DNA of 56,783 nt from a candidate division WOR-3 bacterium (GTDB lineage: Bacteria; Hydrothermota; Tepidihabitantia; Tepidihabitantales; Tepidihabitantaceae), in contig CBFGKH010000007.1 in NCBI GenBank assembly GCA_965649295.1, positions 1-56,783 on the forward strand. Reading direction: 5' to 3'. A program made the translations under genes and the position numbers. The notes beneath the pieces were generated by a model. The model was not told the origin of the DNA. It did not search any database and saw nothing but the letters and a program-made list of their open reading frames with translations. Of the stretch, positions 9,417 to 18,361 are shown piece by piece. Numbering within the stretch: the stretch's first letter is position 1; each line of letters opens with the position of its first letter.

Positions 9417-10225
9417 ATTCGCTTGACCACCTCGGCGACGAGCGCGGTGAGTTTGGGCTCGGCGGTTCCCGCTACTCGCAGGACCTCGGTTAGGTCAACT
9501 GCTCGCATTGCATCGGGCAGACCCATGTCGGTCACAACTGAGAAACCGAGCACGCGCAGACCAGCGTGGCGGGCGACAATGACTTCGGGGACGGTTGACA
9601 TACCCACAATATCGGCACCAATCGTTCGAATGTATCGGTATTCGGCCGCGGTCTCGAGATTGGGGCCGGTGACCCAAGCATAGACTGCGCGACGCAGGGC
9701 GAGGCGTTGTTCGAGCGCTACTTGCTCAGCGACGGCAATCAATTGCGGCGAGTAGCATTCGAACATGTCAGGGAACCGGGGGCCGAGCGACTCGTCATTA
9801 GGCCCTCGCAGGGGATTGTGGCCGGTGAGGTTGATGTGGTCGGTGATAACGCAGATATCGCCGGCGGTCAGGTGGGGGTTGACGCCGCCGGAAGCATTGG
9901 AAACGATCAGTGTCGTCACGCCAAGCTCCTTCATCACCCGGACGGGATGGGTAATCTGCCAGGGTTCGTAGCCTTCGTAGTAGTGGAATCGCCCCTGCAT
10001 CACTACGACACGGCGACCACTGAGCAAGCCCAGAATCAGCCGGCCACGATGGCTTTCGACGGTGGGTTCTGGGAAATGAGGGATGTCGGCATAGGGGATG
10101 ATGGCAGCGGCGCTGACCTCGGTTGCCAGCCGGCCTAGCCCGGTTCCAAGAATGATTCCGATCTCAGGGCAGAAGTCAGTTCGGCTCTGAATCGCTGCTG
10201 CGCTTTGATTGATCAGTTCCTTCAT
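9413..10225 (-). CDS. punA: Purine-nucleoside phosphorylase (trimeric type)
   Basis: IILGTGLG, GRFHYYEG, DHINL, GPNLETAAE and VGMSTVPE. Confidence 0.94.
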   Translation of the reverse strand: MKELINQSAAAIQSRTDFCPEIGIILGTGLGRLATEVSAAAIIPYADIPHFPEPTVESHRGRLILGLLSGRRVVVMQGRFHYYEGYEPWQITHPVRVMKELGVTTLIVSNASGGVNPHLTAGDICVITDHINLTGHNPLRGPNDESLGPRFPDMFECYSPQLIAVAEQVALEQRLALRRAVYAWVTGPNLETAAEYRYIRTIGADIVGMSTVPEVIVARHAGLRVLGFSVVTDMGLPDAMRAVDLTEVLRVAGTAEPKLTALVAEVVKRI

Positions 10226-10685
10226 TGCTGGCTAGTTGATTGCGAAGATGACGTTCGGTCATTGCCAGATAGGTGCGAGCGATGCCACCGATCTCATCGA
10301 GCAGATTCTCGCGTTTAGTTTCGAGCTCGCGAATCTGTTCTCGGATCCTTGTCAGCTGTGTTTCGTGTTCGAGTCGGATGCGCTCGGCTTCGTGCTTTGC
10401 CTGCTCAATGATGGTGACAGCTTCGGCTTTGGCCTGTTCCCGCAGTTCGTTTGTTGCTTTCTGGGCAGTGAGCAAGGTTTCATTCAGCAGTTTCTCGGTT
10501 CGTTCGTAGGCGGCGAGCTGCGCAGATAGTTCCTGAACGCGTTCGGCCAGCAGCGCCCGTTCTTTGCGTAATTCTTCGACTTCGTTGGCGACAAGCTGGA
10601 GAAAGTCGGTTACTTCAGCCTTGGCAAAGCCACGTAACTGCGAACTGAAGCTTTTTTTCTTGATGTCGAGCGGGGTTATCGCCAT
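10176..10685 (-). CDS. divIVA: DivIVA domain coiled-coil protein
   Basis: ITPLDIKKKSF...RGF...EVTDFL followed by a long coiled coil. Confidence 0.88.
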   Translation of the reverse strand: MAITPLDIKKKSFSSQLRGFAKAEVTDFLQLVANEVEELRKERALLAERVQELSAQLAAYERTEKLLNETLLTAQKATNELREQAKAEAVTIIEQAKHEAERIRLEHETQLTRIREQIRELETKRENLLDEIGGIARTYLAMTERHLRNQLASNEGTDQSKRSSDSEPN

Positions 10686-10691
10686 CGCTCG

Positions 10692-10719
10692 ATTCTAGTC
10701 AGGCTGAGGATGCTGTCAA
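10692..10719 (-). promoter_or_regulatory. Promoter of the divIVA-ffh operon, probably leaderless
   Basis: TTGACA-N16-TAGAAT-N6-ATG with no SD. Confidence 0.75.
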
Positions 10720-10773
10720 TCAAAGGGAGTAGCGCGATGCGGTCAAGATTTGCGTTGCTGTGTTCTATCGGGG

Positions 10774-10802
10774 TTGACCCTTCGGTGTGACTTGGGTAGA
10801 GT
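10774..10802 (+). promoter_or_regulatory. Promoter of the spoIID-like gene, probably leaderless
   Basis: TTGACC-N17-TAGAGT-N5-GTG, in frame at 10808. Confidence 0.6.
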
Positions 10803-10807
10803 CACGC

Positions 10808-11980
10808 GTGCGAACTGAAGAAGGTCTTAGGCTGGTTCTTGTGGGTTTGCTGATGGCGATGATTGGAGCCTGTTATCACGCGCCAGTGATCCTGCGACCG
10901 ATTCCGCCACCATCGTCTGTGACAGCAGCTGAGCCGTTGGTTCGTGTGCGACTCACTACCGGCTCTGAGGTGGCGCTTGGTTCGGACTCAGGGTTGGTCA
11001 TGCAGACCGGCGGTCGGCAGAAGGTCTTGCCAGCACGAGAGACGGCCTGGGTGAGCGCTACTGGGGTCAAGCTGGCAGGTCGCAACTGGGCTACGCTTGA
11101 TGATACCATTGTCGTGCAGCCTTGCGGCGGGCTGTTGAGGGTGGGCGAGCGGCGTTATCGTGGGTCACTAAGAGTATTCCGGGCCGAGGGCGGCAGTGTC
11201 GCCGTCGTGAATGATGTGCTGATTGATGACTATCTGTGTGGCGTTGTGCCCTGTGAGATTGGCCCGATCAATGAGCAGACTATGGCAGCTGCGATGGCGC
11301 AGGCCGTGGCCGCTCGGTCGTTCACTATTTCCCGCTTTGGCCGACGGCCTGGACTCGGTCATGATCTGTTCGATAGCTATCTGCGCGACCAGGAATACCG
11401 TGGTGTCGGAGCTGAGACTAGGCTTGGTAATGAGGCTGTCCGCAACACTGCTGGCGAAGTGTTGTTCTGCGCCGGGGCGGTGATCGAGGCGCTCTATCAC
11501 AGCACCTGCGGTGGTCAGACAAGCCAGGGCCATCAACCCTATCTTGTGAGCGTACTCTGTGCGCCGCGACCAGGTGCGCGTGCCTATTGTGCCGACAGCC
11601 GGTACTTTCGTTGGGAAGTAATTGTCAGTCGCGACAGTCTCGATGCGGTTGTCTCAAGAAGGGCTGGTTCGCCGCGGCGGGTGCGTTCAGTGCGACTGGA
11701 CAAGGATGAAGGATCAGGCCGCGTGCGGCGAATCTACTTTGAGACTGACCGCGGTGAGGTACGGATGAGTGGAGCCGACTTTCGGACGGCGCTAGGACTG
11801 CGGTCGCCCAATCTGGAGCTCAGTATCGAACCGAAACGTGTCCGGATTAGTGGCCGCGGTTGGGGACACGGGGTGGGAATGTGTCAGGAGGGGGCGATAG
11901 GGATGGCCCGAGCGGGCGCGACCTATCAGCAGATACTGCGACATTACTATCCGGCAGCCGAGCTCGGACGACTCTATTAG
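10808..11980 (+). CDS. SpoIID/LytB domain peptidoglycan lytic transglycosylase (lipoprotein-like)
   Basis: YRGSL, YLCGVVPCE, AQAVAARSF, YHSTCGG and GWGHGVGMCQEGA. Start moved to GTG 10808 from promoter geometry. Confidence 0.9.
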   Translation: MRTEEGLRLVLVGLLMAMIGACYHAPVILRPIPPPSSVTAAEPLVRVRLTTGSEVALGSDSGLVMQTGGRQKVLPARETAWVSATGVKLAGRNWATLDDTIVVQPCGGLLRVGERRYRGSLRVFRAEGGSVAVVNDVLIDDYLCGVVPCEIGPINEQTMAAAMAQAVAARSFTISRFGRRPGLGHDLFDSYLRDQEYRGVGAETRLGNEAVRNTAGEVLFCAGAVIEALYHSTCGGQTSQGHQPYLVSVLCAPRPGARAYCADSRYFRWEVIVSRDSLDAVVSRRAGSPRRVRSVRLDKDEGSGRVRRIYFETDRGEVRMSGADFRTALGLRSPNLELSIEPKRVRISGRGWGHGVGMCQEGAIGMARAGATYQQILRHYYPAAELGRLY

Positions 11981-12571
11981 CTAGGCCTTGGTGTCGTTTT
12001 CGACGATTCGTTCTTCGGGGACGTGAGTGATGAGAACTGCAGCCGCAACGACAGTTGTCCAGAATCCAGCCTTGTTGCCAATGGCGCTTTGGGTGATGTT
12101 TTGAGTGCGAACGATTTCTCCGGATATCTTCCAGATTTCCTTGCGCTGGTCGTAGCTAGTGTCGGGATTGAACTGCACACCAAGCGTGGTGGCGAGCATC
12201 TGAGCAGCGAGGTCTTCGGCGTAGTCGCCGGCGCGGTCTTCGCGTTCACCGAAAGAATGGTGTTCTGAAATGTAGCCGAACTTCGAGGGGTCTTTGGGTA
12301 TGGCTAGACCAACTGAGGCTGAGACGAGCCGATGGGGTTCGTTGGTGGCGTTGTCGGAGACGACCGAGAAAACAACCTGGCCTGGTGTGAGAAGTCGAGC
12401 ACCGCGGGTGCGAGAAATGACCCGGCAGTAAGGCGGAAAGATTGAAGAAACCCGGACAATGTTGTAAGCGGCAATGCCGGCATCGCGCAGCGCGGCCTCA
12501 AAACTTGCCAGCTTCTCGCGGTGAATGCCGACACCTTTGGTCAGAAAGACGTACTTGGGCAGAATCAGCAT
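11981..12571 (-). CDS. pdaD: Pyruvoyl-dependent arginine decarboxylase
   Basis: SFEAALRDAGI, self-cleavage site VRVSSIFP, GYISEHH and WTTVVAAAV. GGAGG precedes the ATG at 12571. Confidence 0.92.
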   Translation of the reverse strand: MLILPKYVFLTKGVGIHREKLASFEAALRDAGIAAYNIVRVSSIFPPYCRVISRTRGARLLTPGQVVFSVVSDNATNEPHRLVSASVGLAIPKDPSKFGYISEHHSFGEREDRAGDYAEDLAAQMLATTLGVQFNPDTSYDQRKEIWKISGEIVRTQNITQSAIGNKAGFWTTVVAAAVLITHVPEERIVENDTKA

Positions 12572-12590
12572 CAGGCCTCCCAATAAGAGC

Positions 12591-12620
12591 CGCGGCGGCC
12601 TGGTTGCAAGAGCCGCCGCG
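12591..12620 (-). terminator. GC-rich hairpin between tRNA-Ala and pdaD
   Basis: CGCGGCGGCT-N10-GGCCGCCGCG followed by only a weak U tract (CTCTTATT). Confidence 0.5.
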
Positions 12621-12635
12621 TGGTTTGCCAAAGAA

Positions 12636-12708
12636 TGGAGCAGACCGGAGTTGAACCGGCGACCTCCAGAGTGCGATTCTGGCGCTCTCCCAACTGAGCT
12701 ACTGCCCC
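12636..12708 (-). tRNA. tRNA-Ala(CGC)
   Basis: GGGGCAG/CTGCTCC acceptor stem with G3-U70; anticodon arm CCAGA-AT-CGC-AC-TCTGG; no encoded CCA. Confidence 0.97.
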
Positions 12709-12754
12709 GAGTTGTATTGCGGTCCGGTGTGGACCCAATGGGTGGTTGACCGGC

Positions 12755-13135
12755 CTAGTGCGCTGGCTCAATTCGGACCGCGACGCCGTCGGACCGGCGC
12801 TCAATACGTTCAAAGTCTCCCGGCTGGAATTGGCATGACCCAATCACCGTTACTGGACTGGCCGCGACTGGTGCGTCGTTTTGGCTCTTAGGCGTCCGCC
12901 CGAGAAAGACACAAAGGTCCGGCCCGTCTGGCCAATAGGCGATATCGCCGACTTTGACGTCGGTGGTTGGCGCCGAGTTGGCGGCAATGAGCTTGACCGG
13001 AAAATAGACCTCTTTGCCCCAGGTTTCGCCGACAGTGTCAATCGGGAGAAGTCGGACTACCTGCTGGGCCAGCGGGGAGTTGTCAAGAGTGCCGGTTAGC
13101 TCGACACCGCCGATGTTCAACCTGATAGCGGTCAC
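12755..13135 (-). CDS. Cyclophilin-like fold protein (DUF369/TM1367 type)
   Basis: TWGKEVYF, VGDIAYWPDG, LCVFLGRTP and ASPVTVIG. Start placed at GTG 13135, downstream of the promoter. Confidence 0.85.
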   Translation of the reverse strand: MTAIRLNIGGVELTGTLDNSPLAQQVVRLLPIDTVGETWGKEVYFPVKLIAANSAPTTDVKVGDIAYWPDGPDLCVFLGRTPKSQNDAPVAASPVTVIGSCQFQPGDFERIERRSDGVAVRIEPAH

Positions 13136-13145
13136 GTGCGGATGA

Positions 13146-13173
13146 ATTGTAGAGCGGCGCCGCGGGTTGTCAA
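13146..13173 (-). promoter_or_regulatory. Promoter of the cyclophilin-like gene
   Basis: TTGACA-N16-TACAAT, 10 nt before the GTG. Confidence 0.7.
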
Positions 13174-13574
13174 CAGTAAAAAAGACGATACTGGTACAGG
13201 TAAGTGCACTTCGGTTTGCCGATGCCAATTTGCTTGGCTTTCCTACGGTTGATTGAGGCGCGGTCGGGCAGGTATCGGCGGGCACAACCGAAATCTTGTT
13301 AGAAAACCGGTCTGGCAGCTTTGCTCGCAAGGCGTAGGGAAACGGTCTGTTAAGCTCTACGCCTAGCTGGTTGTGGAATTGTGGCGAGGGCCCGTCTCCC
13401 GAGGGACCATCGGGTTCATCTTCTAAGTGGTGCCCAAGGATGTCTGATCAGTCATTCAGCAAGAGTCTGGGTATCAATTTGGGGGACAGTCTCCGGGGTG
13501 GTGCCTCCGAAAAATCGTGTGTCGGCCAACAGTTTGGTCTGTCAGCGTTTGCACAGAAAACTGGGCTTGGTAAC

Positions 13575-13596
13575 TTGTGTACTTCAAAGTACACAA
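13575..13596. repeat. Perfect 10-bp inverted repeat
   Basis: TTGTGTACTT-CA-AAGTACACAA. Confidence 0.85.
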
Positions 13597-13713
13597 ACGC
13601 TGGAGCAGTAAGCTACTGATTCTCGGCTGGACAGAACTGCCCGCCGATTCGGGCGGCCGGCGTCGGTTGCGTTTCTGCTGCGGGATGACGAGTCTTGGAC
13701 AATCTCAGCCAGT

Positions 13714-14508
13714 CTAGAAGCAGCCGATGTTGCTGCCGTCGCTGGCCTTGCCGATGCAGGGTGAACCTTTTTTGAGTCGGTAGTTGCCGGTGCTGCGGTT
13801 CACGAATTGCGGGTCTTGTTCAATGTTGCCCCTGCCTTTGGGGACGCGGTCGAGGTTCACCCCGGTGTTGAAGAGGCAGTTGTTGTTGATTGTCATTTTG
13901 CCTTCGTTCCTATCGCAAACAATGCCGCGGCCGTTGAAGGCAATGATTGAATTGGTGATACTAGTCTTGGGATTGTCGCGGACAATGTAGAGACCGGATA
14001 CTTTGTTCTCGACAATCGTACAATGGTCAACGTTAACAGCCGGGTTACCGGCCATGGTGCTAGCGTAGATGCCGCGATCACTGTTGGCAATGATGAGACA
14101 GTGGTCAATCTGATGCTGGCCGTCTTTGACGTAGATACCGTGCGAATCGCCGCCGCGAATCGTGAAACCGGAGACACGATGATTGCCACCAGCCAGGGTT
14201 ACAGCGGCATATTCGCCGTCGGCATCGATGATTGTTCTGGCGGGGTCCTGGCCGAGGAGAGTGAGATGGTCCGTTGATTCGTCGAGTTCGATCTCTTCTT
14301 CGTAGATACCAGGTCGAACGAGGATGACGTCGCCGTCACTGGCATCATCGATGGCATCGCTGATGGTTTCGTATTCGGCTGTGCCGTCAGCAGCGACAAT
14401 CAGGTCAGGTTTGACGCTGGGGCCGGCTGTCTGGCGGGTTGCACAACCAATCAGCGTCAGGCTAGCGAGTACTAGGAGGAAGAGTGGGAGCTGGGCAAAG
14501 TGTTTCAT
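13714..14508 (-). CDS. Lipoprotein with right-handed parallel beta-helix (pectin-lyase-like fold)
   Basis: Lipobox LIGC, YETISDAID...GDVILVRPGIYEE, GI-N repeats and C-terminal DPQFV...YRL..GSPCI. Confidence 0.8.
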   Translation of the reverse strand: MKHFAQLPLFLLVLASLTLIGCATRQTAGPSVKPDLIVAADGTAEYETISDAIDDASDGDVILVRPGIYEEEIELDESTDHLTLLGQDPARTIIDADGEYAAVTLAGGNHRVSGFTIRGGDSHGIYVKDGQHQIDHCLIIANSDRGIYASTMAGNPAVNVDHCTIVENKVSGLYIVRDNPKTSITNSIIAFNGRGIVCDRNEGKMTINNNCLFNTGVNLDRVPKGRGNIEQDPQFVNRSTGNYRLKKGSPCIGKASDGSNIGCF

Positions 14509-14559
14509 TTCACCACCTTTCAACTTATGGCAGAAATGTCTGTTCTGTCTATCTTGGTG

Positions 14560-15570
14560 TCAGGCAACCCAGCGGTCAAAGCGGTCGAGCCACTCGGCAG
14601 ACAGGTTGTTTTCGGCCACAGCGCGTTCGAGCACGCGCCTGGCCTCGTCGAGCTCGAGAGGAAACCATTTTTGCCATTTAGTCGGGCCGTAGTTCTGGAA
14701 CCCTTCGAGCACGAGCGAACGTCGGCCGGTGATTTCGGCAACCGTACCGAATCTCTTTTTCAAGGTCCGAGCCTTGTCGTAGGCAAGTTTGTAGAATGCT
14801 GGGTAGCGGTAGTCGCGGCAGAGATGGTGATCGATTATGAGTGTCGTCAGGTCACGGTTGGCCAGTAGCTGGCAGACGTTGATTATACTGCGCACAAGGT
14901 TGTAATCGGTGCTGAACTGGCCGAGCAGATAGGTTGGGTAACCATCGAGTACAACAGTGTGGGCACGGGATGAGCAGATGTAGTCGGTTGTTGCAATGGT
15001 AAGCGGGCCACCGACATCAGATGTGATAAGCACCTTCTCGCGGCCACGGCTGATCTCGGTCATCACTACTGTCCCAGGCTCGGCGTTTTCACAGCCATGC
15101 CAGAGTGGAGGAGAGAAGCCAAGCGTCGTCTTGCCGTACTTGAACTTGCGGCCGTCGCAGAAGACTATTTCCGCGGGCAGTCCATCAATGGTCTTGAAAA
15201 ATCGGTTGGCAGTCGCTGCCTGTTTGTCAGTGAGGGCTCCGGGGTCGCGGGTGAAGATGGTCTTGCCGCCGTAGAGTTCGGCGCTGCGTTCGATGATGAG
15301 GTGGTCGAGGTGGAAGTGACTTATGACAATTGCTTGGGAGCTGGCACAGGCAGCGCGAAGAGCAGCAAGACTGGTCGTGTAGAGTTCGTGTCTTTGCTCG
15401 ACCGGCAGGGGAAACGAACCCGCCTCGACAGCAGCACCAGGGTCGATCGTGATGGCGAGTTCAGGGGTTCGGACGCGTACGCACATCCCCATTGTGCCGA
15501 GCGAGTCAAAGGCGAGGTAGTCGAGCTGGAGCTGTGGTCCTTCGCGGATAATCGGGTCGGTCAGCCGCAT
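14560..15570 (-). CDS. MBL-fold metallo-hydrolase, UPF0282-like (family best known from archaea)
   Basis: DSLG...IDPG, ISHFHLDH, PLWHG, TSDV, LDGYPTYL and IIDHHLCRD. Confidence 0.75.
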   Translation of the reverse strand: MRLTDPIIREGPQLQLDYLAFDSLGTMGMCVRVRTPELAITIDPGAAVEAGSFPLPVEQRHELYTTSLAALRAACASSQAIVISHFHLDHLIIERSAELYGGKTIFTRDPGALTDKQAATANRFFKTIDGLPAEIVFCDGRKFKYGKTTLGFSPPLWHGCENAEPGTVVMTEISRGREKVLITSDVGGPLTIATTDYICSSRAHTVVLDGYPTYLLGQFSTDYNLVRSIINVCQLLANRDLTTLIIDHHLCRDYRYPAFYKLAYDKARTLKKRFGTVAEITGRRSLVLEGFQNYGPTKWQKWFPLELDEARRVLERAVAENNLSAEWLDRFDRWVA

Positions 15571-16362
15571 CTAACTGAGGAATAGCAACAAATAGTAGAA
15601 GGCAGGAATGACAAAGAGCAGGGAGTCAACCCGGTCGAGGAAGCCGCCGTGGTCGCCGAGCACGCTGGACGAATCCTTGACCGCGACGGCGCGTTTAAAA
15701 ATGGATTCAAAGAGGTCACCGGCTTGGGCAATGGTGCCGAGGCCAACTCCAACTGCAGCCAGCCACCAGAGCGGGCGCGATGAGAATGGCTGCAGTTGTT
15801 TTAACCAGGCCGCGGCCATGACTGCTGATGACGCTAGTCCAGCGATATAGCCTTCGATGGTCTTGTTCGGGCTAATAGCCGGCGCGAGTTTGTGTCTGCC
15901 AATTAGTCTGCCGGCGACCATGGCCGCGGTGTCGTTGAGCCAGGTAAGAGCCAGGGGGAAGAAGGCAAGCCAGACCGAGAGGGAGCGGACGACCACCAGG
16001 TTCTTGAGCAGGACGATGTGAGCGGGCAGGAAGCCAAGATAGAAGATCGTGAACAGTCCATAGACTGGCACCCGTGGTCGGGTTTCGCGGCTGGCGACGG
16101 CAGCGAGGAATAACAGTCCGGCGGGCAGGACAAAGAAACCTGGTAGCCAGCCAAAGTAGGCGGCGGCGACAATGGTGGCGTTGGCACCGGCAACCAGCCA
16201 GGGGTTAAGGCGAATCTCGGCGCGGCGGAGCAGGTTGATGAACTCAAGGGTAGCGAGGACGCTCCAGGTCGCGCCAACCACGGCAATCACTGGACGTGGT
16301 GCCCTGAGGGCGAGGAAGACACCGGTGCCGAGCAGGAGGCCGATGATGACGCGGGCCAGCAT
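15571..16362 (-). CDS. cdsA: Phosphatidate cytidylyltransferase
   Basis: WLNDTAA, ISPNKTIEG and GDLFESIFKR..VKDS...HGGFLDRVDS. The ATG at 16362 lies just after the uppS stop. Confidence 0.94.
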   Translation of the reverse strand: MLARVIIGLLLGTGVFLALRAPRPVIAVVGATWSVLATLEFINLLRRAEIRLNPWLVAGANATIVAAAYFGWLPGFFVLPAGLLFLAAVASRETRPRVPVYGLFTIFYLGFLPAHIVLLKNLVVVRSLSVWLAFFPLALTWLNDTAAMVAGRLIGRHKLAPAISPNKTIEGYIAGLASSAVMAAAWLKQLQPFSSRPLWWLAAVGVGLGTIAQAGDLFESIFKRAVAVKDSSSVLGDHGGFLDRVDSLLFVIPAFYYLLLFLS

Positions 16363-16363
16363 C

Positions 16364-17062
16364 TTACTCTTCATCGATGCGACCAAAACGGCGCTGACGT
16401 CGACCAAAATCGGCGATGGCAGCAAGTAGCTGTTCACGTCGGAAGTCAGGCCAGAGGGTTTCAGTAAAGTAGAGTTCGGTGTAGGCAAGCTGCCAGAGCA
16501 GGTAATTAGAGATGCGTTGGTCGCCGCCAGTGCGAATCAGCAGGTCCGGGTCTGGTAGCGATGGGTCGTAGAGCAAGGCGCCGAAATCGGCTTCGGTCGC
16601 TGGTGCCTGACCGTTGGCGACTGCCCGGGCACAGGCGTCGAGGATTTCGGTGCGGCCACCATAGCTTAGGGCAAGGGTCAGGGTGACGCCAGTGTTCTGC
16701 CTGGTATCCTGGATTAGTCGGGCCATTGCATCCTGCAGTTCAGCGGGCAGGTCGGTAAGTCGGCCGATAGCACGCACCCGGACGTTGTTGGCGACCAGAC
16801 CTGGCCGCTCGTCGTCAATTGTTCGTTGCATCAGCTTCATTAGCAGTTCGACTTCAGACTTGGGTCGAAACCAGTTCTCGGTTGAAAAGGTATAGGCAGT
16901 GAGGTAGCTGACCCCAACGGCGGCACAGGTGTCAACTGCTTCGTGTAGAGCCTTGACGCCTTCCTGATGACCGAGGGCACGGGGCAGTCCGCGCTGGCGA
17001 GCCCAACGGCCGTTGCCGTCCATGATTACAGCTATGTGGCGGGGAACCGGGCTGGCCGACAT
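16364..17062 (-). CDS. uppS: Undecaprenyl diphosphate synthase
   Basis: HIAVIMDGNGRWA, FSTENW and DLLIRTGGDQRISNYLLWQ. Confidence 0.96.
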   Translation of the reverse strand: MSASPVPRHIAVIMDGNGRWARQRGLPRALGHQEGVKALHEAVDTCAAVGVSYLTAYTFSTENWFRPKSEVELLMKLMQRTIDDERPGLVANNVRVRAIGRLTDLPAELQDAMARLIQDTRQNTGVTLTLALSYGGRTEILDACARAVANGQAPATEADFGALLYDPSLPDPDLLIRTGGDQRISNYLLWQLAYTELYFTETLWPDFRREQLLAAIADFGRRQRRFGRIDEE

Positions 17063-17126
17063 CTAGGTAGGCTTGACGATAGCTTCGCTTAGATTCCTGA
17101 CAATGGTTCTGGAGCGACGATCAGCG

Positions 17127-17684
17127 TCATCGCTCCATGATTTCGGCTTCTTTTTTCTTTAGGAGTTCGTCGAGTTTCTTGATGAACTCGTCGGTCATTT
17201 CCTGAATTTTCTTTGTCCCCGTCTTGGTGTCGTCCTCGGTTATCTTCTTCTCCTTTTCGAGTTTCTTGATTGCATCGTTGGCGTCGCGCCGCAGGTTGCG
17301 GACCGCAATCCGCGAGTCTTCGGTCAGTTTGGCGCAGAGTCGAACTAGCTCGCGGCGCCGTTCCTCGGTCAGTGGTGGAATCGGCAGGCGGATGAGGTTG
17401 GCCTCAACCTTGGGTGTGAGACCAAGCTCGGCCTTGAGCAACGCCTTCTCGATCTCGGGGAGGATAGTTCGGTCCCATGGTTGTACCACAATCTGGCGCG
17501 GCTCAGGCACCGAAATAGTTGCCACCTGTTTGAGCGGTGTGGGGGTGTTGTAGTAATCGACCTTAACGTTGTCGAGGATGGCTGGGTTGGCCCGAGCCGT
17601 TCTGATTCGGGCAAATTCCGCTTCGAGTAGTTCGATGGTCTTCTGCATGCGACCACGGTATTCACTGTACACTTTGTCTAGCAT
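17127..17684 (-). CDS. frr: Ribosome recycling factor
   Basis: IRTARANP, PPLTEERR and VRNLRRD. Confidence 0.97.
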   Translation of the reverse strand: MLDKVYSEYRGRMQKTIELLEAEFARIRTARANPAILDNVKVDYYNTPTPLKQVATISVPEPRQIVVQPWDRTILPEIEKALLKAELGLTPKVEANLIRLPIPPLTEERRRELVRLCAKLTEDSRIAVRNLRRDANDAIKKLEKEKKITEDDTKTGTKKIQEMTDEFIKKLDELLKKKEAEIMER

Positions 17685-18361
17685 ATCAGACTCCCAATTC
17701 GCTTACCTTCAATTAGATCGAGCACAGCGCGAGGTCGGCTGATAGGAAAGACGACAATCGGTATCCGACGCTCCATGCAGAAGGCAAAAGCGGTCGGGTC
17801 CATCACGGCCAACTGCTCGGCCAGTGCTTGCTTATATGTCAGCCGACGGTAGAGTTTGGCCTGCGGGTCTTTTTCTGGGTCAGCCGAGTAAACACCAGCA
17901 ACGCGTGTGCCTTTGAGAATGACATCGGCGGACAATTCTGCCGCTCGGAGCGCGGCGGCAGTATCGGTGGAAAGAAATGGGTGACCGGTGCCACCGGAGA
18001 GGACAAGTAGAGAGCCGGCAGCCAGCACGGCTCCGGCAATCTTCACGTCGTATTGAGCAACTGTGCCGGGTATGCCAACTGCCGCAAAATGCTGGACTGG
18101 GGCATAGGCGGTGAGCAACTCGGTTAGGTGCAGCCCGTTGATAACCGTGGCGAGCATCCCGGCTTTGTCGGCGACGACGCGGTCGAGCTGCTTTGTGTCG
18201 CGGCCGCGAAGGATGTTACCGCCGCCAACAACTACGGCCAGTTCAACCCGGTGGCGCTGGGCAGCGACGAGCTGGTGGACTAGTTGACCGAGCAGTGCGT
18301 CGTCACTGAAGCAGCTGCCCGAGATTTTTAGTAGGATGCGCCGGGGGCGCCGACTACTCAC
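17678..18361 (-). CDS. pyrH: Uridylate kinase
   Basis: VVVGGGNILRG, GMLATVIN, STDTAAALRA and GVYSADP. The GTG start overlaps the end of tsf. Confidence 0.92.
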   Translation of the reverse strand: MSSRRPRRILLKISGSCFSDDALLGQLVHQLVAAQRHRVELAVVVGGGNILRGRDTKQLDRVVADKAGMLATVINGLHLTELLTAYAPVQHFAAVGIPGTVAQYDVKIAGAVLAAGSLLVLSGGTGHPFLSTDTAAALRAAELSADVILKGTRVAGVYSADPEKDPQAKLYRRLTYKQALAEQLAVMDPTAFAFCMERRIPIVVFPISRPRAVLDLIEGKRIGSLIC

